Part shown: positions 40,101 to 51,304 of the stretch, one piece after another
Numbering within the stretch: position 1 is the first letter of the stretch
Layout: each line of letters begins with the position of its first letter
Assembly (NCBI GenBank): GCA_012295275.1
Contig: CM022665.1
Span: 18,104,001 to 18,168,000, forward strand
Direction of reading: 5' to 3'
Length of the DNA stretch: 64,000 nt
Origin: Chrysomallon squamiferum
Lineage: Eukaryota > Animalia > Mollusca
Translations under genes and position numbers: made by a program
The notes under the pieces: generated by a model
The model's database searches: none
What the model was told of the DNA's origin: nothing
Seen by the model: only the letters and a program-made list of their open reading frames with translations

Positions 40101-41986
40101 AGTGAAGGAAAATATGTGATCCCAAGAAACAGAGATTCCTGAGCCACCTAAATAAAACAGTTCATGTGTTAATTTTATTATTATTACTAGTAGTAGTAAA
40201 GTAGTTGTTCAGTGCAGCAAAGCAGTGCTGAATAACAGAGCAGGCTGAGCCACCTAAATAAAACAGTTCATGTGTTAATTTTATTATTATTACTAGTAGT
40301 AGTAATAATAGTAGTAGCAACAGCAACATTGTTTTCGTTTTTACCAAAGTAAATATTTCAAATCTAAAACATTTAAAATACCTTTTCTGAAACTGACAAA
40401 TCAGATTTTAAATTAATTTTTTTTTTTTTTTTTTTTAGGTTTAGGTTCATAATTGTGTTTTTTGAAGTTTTAATTTTTTAAATAAAGACATAATAAATAA
40501 TCACTTAGCTGCATTTTTCAAAGTTTTAACTGTTTAAAGAAAAACATAATTACATACCTGCATTTCTTAAAGTTATAATAGTTTAAACAATAATGTAGTA
40601 ATTACTTACCTGCATTAACACCATTCACTTTGAGAAGGTGGAAGCAGTGTTGGGCTGACTGTGGCCCATTTGCAAGACCTGTGATCATTTTGATGTAGGG
40701 TACATACAAGGGTGGGGGGAGAAGGTCACCCGCTAATCTCACAAACTTGTACAGAGCCACCTGAAATTATAATGTACAAACAGGTTATAATTAATTACAA
40801 TACGTGTATATAAACATTAAAAACAGCCCTATAACAATTATAAATTCAATGTCAATAGCTATAGTAAATTAAATTTAAAAATAAAAAGATGTTTTAAAAA
40901 GTGGCGATTGTTTCGTTTTTTTTTTTTTTTCTTGTGTAGAATGAATAATTATATAGAAAATGTATCTCAAAACATGAAATATTAGGATGTAGCGCTTTTG
41001 CAAAAAACAACCCATCTATAATTTTCAGTAAGTAAAATAATTGTAACACATATTATTATAGATAATAATCATTCACAGTTTATCTACAGTTACAAACATT
41101 TATAGATATTTGATTTCTGATTGCTGTAAATTGTTTATTGACACTGATAAACAAAATGAAGACAACTATTAAGGGTAAAGAACGAAAAGATTTTATCATT
41201 TATATATATTCTTTAGAGATAAAAGCATACGTAAGGCCATTTGAGCAAAAATGGGAGGAAGAAGAACAAGTCAGAGAAAAGATTTGATCTCTTGACCTGC
41301 ACCTGCAGACTGTATCATGTTACAAAGTAAAGCTTTACCTGTCTGGGTGGAGGTCTGTAACTGTACAGTGACTCGTGGACATTGGATGTTTCTGGTGGAC
41401 ACCAGTATTCTAATGACAACTCTAAACCAAGTGGATCTTTACAGTACAGATCACAAATCTAAAAAAATGGGTTGTCATAGGTTGATCAAAGTACAAATAT
41501 ATTACAAGTGAATAAACCATTAGGAAAGTGTTTCTATACAATTCCTATAAATATTATTATTCATTATAAAGTAAATGTGTTGTAATAAGCTGATCAAAGT
41601 AAACATATTTATGAGAATAACACTGACAAAGTTTTTTGATGTCTTTATACAATTCCTAAAAATAACATATTTAATTTTTTGTTTCTTATATTGTTATAAA
41701 TATGTTATAAATATATCCAAGAACAAATCCCTTTTTGTAGATAACCGTATCAATAATAATGTTGGAACATTGACTTTTTATTATTATTTTTTTTATTTAA
41801 TTTGTTTTTGCTTTTTTAATTTGTTATACATTCATTTTATCTTAATCATTTATTTTATTTTTATTTATTTATTGATTTTTGATTTATTAATATTATTATT
41901 TTTGTTTTTAATGCATTTAATAATTTATTTAATTTTTTACATTTTTTTATCATTATTATTTAGTTTTCATACATAAAATAATAATA

Positions 41987-42078
<92 letters not shown>

Positions 42079-43569
42079 CCAATAGAACTAAATTTAAACA
42101 AAATACCATTCCATTATTGAACTGTTTTAAAAGAATCTGAAGGTTGGTAGATTTTTCACTTCTAAAAAGTGCTGTGAACTAAACAGGACAGAACAAAAGG
42201 AACAAACTATTACCAGCTGGAACATGTTCTCCAGATCTCCTCTGTGATGGGGAACTTCCAAACCTTCAGCCTGATGAGCAGTGATAATACGAGCAATCTC
42301 ATCACCACGGTTACGAAGTTCTTTCACCTTTAATATATCAAATATTTATTTCTATTTCATCTAATTTACACTGATATAAATGTTTAAAAAGTTGTAAAAA
42401 TTTGAAAGATTAGTATTAATGTAAATTTATGAACTGTGGTAACTTGTAATTATTTTTATCAAAAACTAAAGGGAAAGATAGCAAAGGTAGCGATTGTAGA
42501 TTATTAATAATAACAATGACAAAATTACGAAATTTGAAATAATAATAATAAAAAATATTAGTAATAATTAATAGAATAAAACAGTAAACGTATTAAAAAA
42601 AATAATAAATTACTTTGAGAGGCAGATGGTATACAAAATCTGTTACTAGTCCATGTATACGTTTTGTGAAAAATTCCTGAAAAATTAAAAAAATATTTAT
42701 TAAAATAATATTTATCAACATAAAAAGTGCTGAACACTAATATATTATTATTAATCTAATTAAAATAACATGGAAATTATTATTACTTTTGAGAACAGTT
42801 GTCTAACTGATTTATTCCACACCAAAAAATGATATAGAATATTGTCACTACATTTTTATATCAGCTTAATCAAACAAGAAACAAAATCTGTGTTTTTTAA
42901 TAGCTGTAAACAAATTCTATAAACAATAACAGGAAAAGAAAAAAACCCAAACCTCCATATTAAATAAAAATTTAAACAGACTGAATTTATGTCACAATTT
43001 AAAAAATGTTTTAAAATGTTTTAAATCTTTGTTTTCATCAAATAACTAAAATATTTTGTCTTTTAATAAATGTATATAACTTCTATAGAAAATAACTTTA
43101 AAAAAATTCTTAATTTGGGATTTTTTAAAACAACAACAAAAAAAAAAATGTAATAAAAATCAGACATTATTATGTTTAAAAAACACAAATTTAATTTTTG
43201 TTCTTTTAAAAAAAAAAAAAACTATTTTAAAAGAATAAATATGTGTATGTATCAAAAAGATGAAACAACACTTGAGATTTTTCTGAATGTTCTTACATCA
43301 CTGTGGAAATCTGGTCGTGCGACAAGGGCATCTTTGAGAAAAGCAAACACATCATTTTCTATAGCAGTGTCGATCAAACCTTCATCATCCTCACAGAATT
43401 CACTGACACCTTCAAGTATGGATTTTACATAAAACAATTCACTAATGAATTTTATATTTACCTTAACTAAATTAACAGAACTAAATGACCACTTCATAAA
43501 ATTAATAAATATTCTCAGAATTATCTTAAAGAGAACTCATTAAATCCAGAAACAAAATCAGAAAAAAAA

Positions 43570-43603
<34 letters not shown>

Positions 43604-46600
43604 AATAAATCTGTGATACTTAATTTGTACAGCTATCACAAGAGACTTTAACAGTGTTTAGTTATACATCCTGACACAGAAGAAAAGATTCACCTGTAGC
43701 CAGTGGATACTGAGACAGTTGTCTCAACATGATTCCCCAGCCAAACTGGGCCGTTACCTTCAGTCCAACCACTGTCCATTTCTGATCCGACGTCAGTACT
43801 TTGTGAATCTCAGCAACATACGAGTTGTCCGATATCACTGGCAGTTTCTCTATAGTACCTGTAATATAAATAACAAATTAATTAGAATAATTATTAAATT
43901 CATAACAAAATACCCTGAAAGTTTTTCTACAGTACCTGAAATATAAATAACAAATTAATTAACTAATAAATCCATAATTAGGTATCACTGGCCATTTCTC
44001 TATAGTACATGTAATACAAATAACATGTTTTAACAAATTAATTAATTAATATATAAGATATCACTGACTGTTTCACTCTCAGACCTGTAATAAAATGTCA
44101 GCTAGGGTTTCTCTGTGATAGAAATAACAAGGTTAAACAAACACAAAAGATACATAAACAAACAAATGCAACAGATACTAAAATACAGAATACAACATAT
44201 TTACTTTCAGAGTCTTCATGATCAAGAATGCCGACATCAAAACAGTAAAGCAGAGCCAGAAGTAAGCAGAGAAGAACAGGTTCTAGTGTTCCATTAGCTT
44301 CAAGTGAGTTGTCATCTCTTAGATGTGCTATCAGCCGCAAGGTGTCATCTTTACTGAGAGGTAGCTGACAAGCCAGGCAGAACACACACTCAGCTAGTGA
44401 GAGTTTTATTTCTTGAAATAGATCAGTCACCTGTAACAAAAAATAATATACAGTAAATACACACACACCACCCATAGACGTGTATTCGCACAAATATATG
44501 AGAGAGATAAAGAAACAAATTGTCAAAATACACAAAGTAAATTCGTAAAGTTAATCAAGAAGAACTGAAAATAATAATAATAATAAATGGTAAATACTGA
44601 AATTTGTAAAATCAATCAAAACAGTCATACAATTTTACACTGGATGAAATCTTCAAGTTCTGCAATACTAAAATAATTTTACTCTAAAACACTCTTCTAA
44701 TTTTAATTGTTCTATTTATTCCTGTTATCCAAAATCAAAAATGAGAAAGTTGATCAAAAGATACAATTTAAATCTTCAAAAAATTAAATATTTATAAACC
44801 AGCTGTTTTGTTTTACATTAATATTCCCCAGTAAAATATAATAAATCATCATCATCATATGTCAATATTTCTAAATTTCAATGTCAGATGTGGTAATGTT
44901 ACCTGTTTTCCTGTGTTTTGCTGGACCCAGGGCTCTGTGGTTTTGCAGTCTTGCTATTTCCTGCATGAGATCCATGGACTTTATCAAATCTGAATTGTGA
45001 AAAATAATAAAACAATAATGATAATGATAATAATGCAAGATTTTACAACTAAATCATACAATTAAACAAAGAATTTTGTAAATTTTGTAACAAATACACA
45101 TTTTTAATTTAAAAGATATTTTTTGAGTCTGAATCACAAAACAGAAACAAATCAACATTTTAATAATATTACTACATATCCAGATTTTTGTATAATCTTA
45201 CATATTAGTAACTAACACATTCCTACTGAATGGGAAATACTAACACTGGCTTTGTCTTTGAGCCACTCTTACATATAAATAGCAGTGGCAGTTTTTAGTT
45301 TACACTTTCCTACTGAATGGAAAATAATTTACTGGCTTTGAGCACAATACTCTGATTAGAAGAGAAACAAGCACAAAGAAAAAGATAATTATTTTTAAAA
45401 AAAGCAATACAAACATTAACCAAGAATAGATAATTATATTCAAAAAACCCTAACCTAGAACCTTATTGATCAGTCCTTCTTCAACCAGCTGATCAGTAAA
45501 AGAGCTGACCACTGCTGAAACATCTGGGGACACACCCAATGTCCAAGTGCGTCCCTCCCTGGCCTGCAGCAGTGTTCTCAATGCATTGACAACACTACGT
45601 CTACCATCATAGAACAGTAAAACAGCCACCAATCCCCTGGTCAGACCAGGGTAGTTAGGTAACTGTTGTTCACCTGAGAAAAAAATAAAATAATAATAAT
45701 TTTAAAAACTTTTAAAATTTTTTTTCTTGTGTCCATTATTGAAATAATGACTAATGTTGGTTTTAAGTGAAAGTGTCAGTAATTATGATATTAACAAGAA
45801 GCAAAGATTTCATGTAGATTTTTTTTTTATAATTTTTTTTTTTAATGATTCCTGAAGAAAAACATTCCTTAAGTGTATTCACAAAAATTCAAAAAAAACC
45901 TAAACTTTGTTTTTATATCTTGTTCTGTAATAAAACAATATCTGAAACTAATTTTTATTTATCCAAACCACTGTTTTATATTTCACTTAAAACAAACTAT
46001 AGCATTCCATGCCAGAGAAAAAGTCCATTTCACTTATAACAGCACCATTGCTTATAACAGAATACCTTTATAAGCCAGGAAAACTGAAATGTTTCCTGAA
46101 TTTTTCTGGTTCTGCAAAAGGAATACATTTTTTAAAGTCTCAGGGATATCCAATCATCTTGAAAAATGTTTATTTCACTCAAAACATCATCTCGCTTATA
46201 ACAATCTGCTGTTATAAATGAGGAATTATGGAAATGCTTTGGGAGATTTCAAGGACTGACTAGGTTTTTATAATTACTAAAGTCACAACCAACCTTCTGT
46301 GAGTAACTCAACAGCTGCCAGTTCATCCATGTTGAAAAGATCAGATAAAATAAGAGCTTCAGCTATGAACTGTTGTGAAAATGTCTGCGTTCTCTGTTCT
46401 CCACGAAGTGGAATCCCTTCTGTAGTGGATTTTTTCACGATGTTTCGATGCTCTCCATTCTTTACCTGAACATTTTTAATTTTATATTTAAATGTATGGA
46501 AACTGGAAAATTTATTAAAATTGTTATCTTAATAAATTTACTGGCATAGTTAGAAATAATATGCAAAAGATATCTGGTGCACGATAACCAATTAAACTTA

Positions 46601-47897
46601 TGATCAAAGCCAGTTTGGTGGAACAATTCAATTAATATTATTTTATTTTAATAGTACACATATAACAAGATTTTATACTTAATAAATGGTAATACTGTTG
46701 TTGTGTTTTATCTTCAAAGTATTTTCTTTTCTTGTTTCAGAATAGACTTCTGATGCATCCAAAATATATTTATATGTCATTAAAAAGAAAACAGAAATTT
46801 TCAAAGTATTATGTTTTCTTGCTACTGAATACAGATGGATATTCAGTAAATATATTAATCTGTCAAACATTGTTTTCACTAAAATATGTTTAGTGAGTGT
46901 AACATGTTATATTTATTTTTACCGGTGTTTTGAGAAGTGAGATAAAATCTGCCTTGTGTTTTCTCAATGTCATTTCGAGATCATATGCTGATCCAGGCTG
47001 ATGTTTGAAAATAGCCGAGGCTACAACATCATAGAGTGCACGATATGGACTCCACAATCGAGCCCCTGTAAGTAAAATGTGTTTTAGTTTTTATATTTCT
47101 GCACACTTAAAACAGTATTTATTTCAATTAAAAGTTAAATGTAAAACAGATTTTTAAAGCTGCTCTCAAAAACTGAATTATAATAACTGAGTGTTAAAAA
47201 GTATAATAATACTTTTCAGGTATGCAAAGCATTATTTTATTTTTTAACATTCAATAATTTGAGTTGTCAGTTATTTTAATATTTTTATTCTAACCGTTAA
47301 GAAACATGAAAACAATTTACTAACAATACTGAATATCAGCATTAATGTGTTTTCATACAGCTCAGAAGTATAACTTACACTTTCCTACAGACAATACAAA
47401 TTGTCAAATGTAACTTTCAATTATTAAATTGAAATTAAAGATATAAATAGTCATTGTGATGTGTTACAACATGATGTTTGTCACTGGTGTATTACAACAT
47501 CATGAACATGATCTTAGACCTCGTTATTTTTTTATCCTATTTTAAGTATTTATTTTAAATTTTGTAAATATTTATTTAATTTTTTTAAATAGTCATTTTA
47601 ATTAATTTATTTATTTATTGGAAAGACTTATTTTAAATTTGCTTATCCACTGATCTATCAGTATCATCTAATAATCATAATGATAATGTCTTGTGAAACT
47701 AAGAGTAAAAACTTATCGTTTTCATTAATTAAATAACAAATGGAACACAAAATCGAAAACAGTTTTTTAGATCTTTTAACTCTGACGAGGTAGGCTAGTA
47801 CTAATGCATAATTTATCTGATCTTTTTCAATATATTTGGACGTTCTTGACTATTTCTTTTCCTTACCCGAATTTACCGCCATGCTAACGAAGGCCAT
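19338..47897 (-). CDS. NUP205: Nuclear pore complex protein Nup205 (41 exons, about 2015 aa)
   Basis: Motifs MAVNSGARLWSPY, GEQQLPNYPGLTRGLVAVLLFYDGRR, ELDEIESRNEEYPLTRAF, LQDPGILGSPKTCLHSIL, IIENSLFILWRHLEYYL, C-terminal ILRRIKRLL. Exons (minus strand): 47897-47867, 47065-46923, 46465-46294, 45673-45455, 44989-44903, 44430-44205, 43858-43694, 43409-43297, 42676-42614, 42327-42214, 41458-41339, 40760-40610, 40147-39947, 39024-38842, 38338-38294, 37865-37656, 37004-36822, 36277-36220, 35734-35545, 34306-34186, 33983-33881, 33362-33204, 32841-32596, 32237-32094, 31701-31606, 30831-30584, 29868-29677, 29102-28850, 28378-28298, 27922-27771, 27470-27279, 26792-26677, 25642-25501, 24858-24726, 23932-23690, 23045-22965, 22329-22163, 21690-21576, 20866-20729, 20081-19918, 19427-19338. 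Exons 5 and 13 each show a net +1 nt. Confidence 0.96.
20867..21575 (-). other. U12-type (minor spliceosome) GT-AG intron in NUP205
   Basis: 5' site GTATCCTTG. Branch-like GTCTTTGAC (20883-20875) lies about 10 nt from the AAG acceptor, with no polypyrimidine tract. Confidence 0.85.
23370..23642. repeat. (ACT/ACA/ACC)n trinucleotide low-complexity tract
   Basis: Intronic; source of the poly-Thr and poly-Val ORFs. Confidence 0.85.
31210..31620. repeat. ~33-bp tandem repeat derived from the NUP205 exon 25 end and donor
   Basis: Unit ACCTGTACAGTGTGAAGTGAGTTATCTGTAGAT, about 12 copies, continuous with the true donor at 31605. Confidence 0.8.
34551..35300 (+). mobile_element. Non-autonomous Tigger/pogo (Tc1/mariner) DNA transposon in a NUP205 intron
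   Basis: TIRs CAGTGGTACCTCAACTTATGAG ... CTCGTAAGTCAAGGTACCACTG with TA on both sides. Internal remnant MDPKKVSAKDSAEKK..M.TELKLEIIEKQERG / ICTILKMKE is a CENP-B-type HTH of Tigger transposases. Confidence 0.9.
39470..39900. repeat. 50-bp tandem minisatellite x~8
   Basis: CCATAAAGGA recurs at 39521, 39571, 39621, 39671, 39721 and 39771. Confidence 0.95.
41975..42075. repeat. (AAT)n microsatellite; many similar tracts at ~212-280, 2166-2203, 3770-3810, 22410-22490, 59930-59975
   Basis: Seen directly. Confidence 0.95.
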
Positions 47898-48239
47898 TTT
47901 CAGATTTTGAGCCGGTTTTGATATCCGGTTTGAAGAGTTTTTCCTCCAATATTGTTAGAACACCTAATTTTTCACAAACGTAGGGAGAGAGAAAGAAGTT
48001 ATGTCTACTTCTACAATTATTTACATTTTGCTGTATTTTTCAAATTTTATTTATGTTATGATTTGATAATTTAAAACTACAGTTATTCTATGATAGGAAG
48101 TGATGATCCTTCCATTGAATGCATATCTGTCACTAAAAATAGACTGCGTTGGATTTCCCCAGTGAAAGAAATTCCCTACAGCCTCGTTTTAACATCAATC
48201 CCATAATGCAATCATTTCACATTCTTCTGCATTTGGAAA
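47898..48239. promoter_or_regulatory. Bidirectional promoter region between NUP205 and RABL2
   Basis: Divergent ATGs with 342 bp between them and local return of CpG. Staf/ZNF143-like ATCCCATAATGCAATC at 48198-48213. AAAATGGC (YY1-like) overlaps both start codons. Confidence 0.7.
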
Positions 48240-51200
48240 ATGGCGAGTACAGAAGTTCCAAACTATGACAAACAAGAAGGAGAAGAAGAAATTAAAGTAA
48301 AAATTATTTGCTTAGGTGACAGCGCTGTCGGAAAATCGAAGTAAGAAAATAATAATTTTTATGCATGGAATCCACTTGTTACATGTTGTTCTTGTCTTTT
48401 GGATTATCATTAGTCTTTTTTCATTTTTGTTGTTAACTTTGAGTTTTATATACTATAGTATATACTATATTATATAGGCTTATACAGTTACAGAATCATA
48501 GATGTATGTTCTGTAGTGCACAACCAAAGCAGTATTCTTTATTAGTTTAACAGAACTTGGAAAACCTACGCTTTTCTTGTATCTACAGAATGCTAGTTTA
48601 GTAAATTTGTTTTATTGGATTTTTTAAATTAAAAACATTTTTATTCTTGGTCCCTAGCCTAAGTATTCAGTACCTGGGCTGCAGCCCTCATAGTCCACTG
48701 GGATAAGATGGCTGTGATCTCTAACTGACTTTTACAACATCTCATTCCATTATTAAATATATTCTGTACATGTCAGTATAATTACAGATATTTCACAATT
48801 TATTAATAAATATAAGATCTATAATTTATTCTTTATTAATGATTTATTATTAATTCTTTTTTTTTTTTAAATGCTTATTTACAAATGACAAAAGCTTCCA
48901 GCATCTTCAAATACACTTTTTCTTGCCATAGAATGATAGGTTATTTCTTACACTTCCAAGATTTTTTTTAATGCATAATGTTAATAAACTTGTAATTGTA
49001 TTATTCATAAAGGATTTTTATTTTAATTTTTTTATTGCATGTACTCTATTTAATTTTTTTAGTATTATTATTTTATTTTACTCTGTTTCAATTTTATTTA
49101 TTTTTAATTTTTTAAATCTATTTTATAAAACAAAATATTTCAATAAGGAATATATCACAACTGTGATAACTTGCAGTTGAAAGAAGTATGTTTATATAAA
49201 CACCAAGTAGGCCTTTAGACTGTCTTTGATTTGAAACGTCTTTCCATTCTTAAATTCTGTTAAATAATAACTTTATGTTATCATGTATATTTAAAACTTC
49301 CAAAGTTTATAAATTAATTAAAAAAAAAAAAATTAAAGAAGGTAGGACTTGATGATAATTTATATTTAAAGTAATTAAATCAACAATATTTATTTATATT
49401 TTTAATATTTATATAGTTAGCCTGTCCTTTTATGAAATAATCAAGGTTAGTAAAAAATGCAATGGAAAAATAATATTCACAGGAAGATTGGCAGTTTAAA
49501 GTAAAGAATGTCTAAAAGAGAACACAGAAACTAAAAAGTCCAGCCTGTACTATTATTCTGTAGTTTCCAAAGCAATAATTTATTACTCTACTTAATTTTT
49601 TTTTTTTTTTTTTTTTTTTTTCATATGGTATTTATTACAGTTAAATGTAATGAATATTTTTTAATTAACTATTAAATATATATATATACAGGTATGGACC
49701 AATTATCTGGACTCCTTGGGGCCTGAGGCATTCCAGATTTCTGGATATTCCGTTTTTTTGGTACCAAGCATCTAAATACATAAATAATTAGGCATAAACA
49801 TTTTAAAATTAAAAACATAAAGACTTGGTGACTTGACACATAAACAATGCAGTGAGTGAATGAACACCACACAGCTTGAAAGAGTAGTTCTGATCTGGTG
49901 AGGACAACACCCCCACACGTGAACTATGAAAATAGCATTCGGAAAAAACTTCTGGTTTAGCTTCTGGATTTCAAGATGTCGGATAATTGGTCCAGTACCT
50001 GTATATGTATATATATATATATAAAAAATTAATTAATTTATTTATTTATTTATTTCAAAAAGTTCAGTTTATTTATCCATTTCTGTGGTTATGAATTAAA
50101 TCTATTAAAATTCATTAAAATTGTTACAAATGGAAATGTATAAATTTTTAATATTTTATTTTTAATTTATTTTTATTTTCATTATGATTAATTTTTATTT
50201 ATTTATTTGTCTTTAAATTAGGCTGGTTGAGCGATTCCTAATGGATGGCTAGTATCCTTTCTGTGACAGTTTCTTTTTAGAGACAAAACGTACTATTAAC
50301 ATATTGAATTTAGACATCAGTGATTTCCTGTAATTATTAATTTGTCAAGGCATAAATTTAATTTTAATTAATTTAAACAGATAATTTTATGAACTGAAAA
50401 CATTTTTGTTTTTACCTGTTGAAAATTGCTATATCCTTAGTATTTATTATAATAGTTTAATTTTTGCTTCAGTATATATCAGTATACAATAGACATCAAT
50501 ATCAATATACAGATTTCAACTTTGCTAAGAAACATAACATGCCATTTTACTTTGTGTCTGCATCTGAAGGAAGTGTAAATTATAATATATTTACTTATAT
50601 GTAAAATTTGTCCTTGACATTTTCCATCAAACCACAACAACTTTCCACGTATGCACTGACATTATTTAACTACAAGATGGAGCTGAATGGACAGAAAGTA
50701 TCAGTAGGTGAGTGAGTTGGTGACATCATTTTTATATTTTTAAAATAGTAAAAAACTCAACAGTTTGGTTTGTATATATTTGCTAATCAGAACATTAATT
50801 TATTTTTATTAAACATTTTTGTGTATATTGGTATATTATCATCTGGTGCAATGTCATTGTATAGAACTCTATATCATGAAGAAAATAGATTAATAATTTA
50901 CAGTCAGATTTGGGAAAATGGGAAATACTGTTATCTTTAGTGCTAGTCATAGTATATCATCAACACAATCTGCTTGTACTGTATATTATTCAAATACAAT
51001 ATTTTCTTTTCTGAAGAATTCTGCTTCACTATATACATAGTACCTTTATCAGATACATATATACTAATACTGTTAATAAGAGTTTAACATTTAGTGCTTA
51101 AATAATTAATTTGAAATTAAATTTATTTTTAAAAAAGCAACAAAAATCTAGTTATAATAACATTTACAATAATTTCAACATATATTTTGTATTTAAGATG

Positions 51201-51270
51201 TATCTGATTTCATATAGTTCATATCTCAGCATTACTTACAGTTAATATATTTATATATTAAATTTATATA

Positions 51271-51304
<34 letters not shown>

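Noticed and set aside
41575-41976. 133-aa hydrophobic ORF
   Set aside because: T-rich low-complexity intron sequence antisense to NUP205. The same applies to 14406-14756, 48971-49180 and 60632-60856.
19338-47897. NUP205 as a pseudogene
   Set aside because: 39 of 41 exons are intact with conserved phase and no stops; the two indels fit sequencing or assembly error better.
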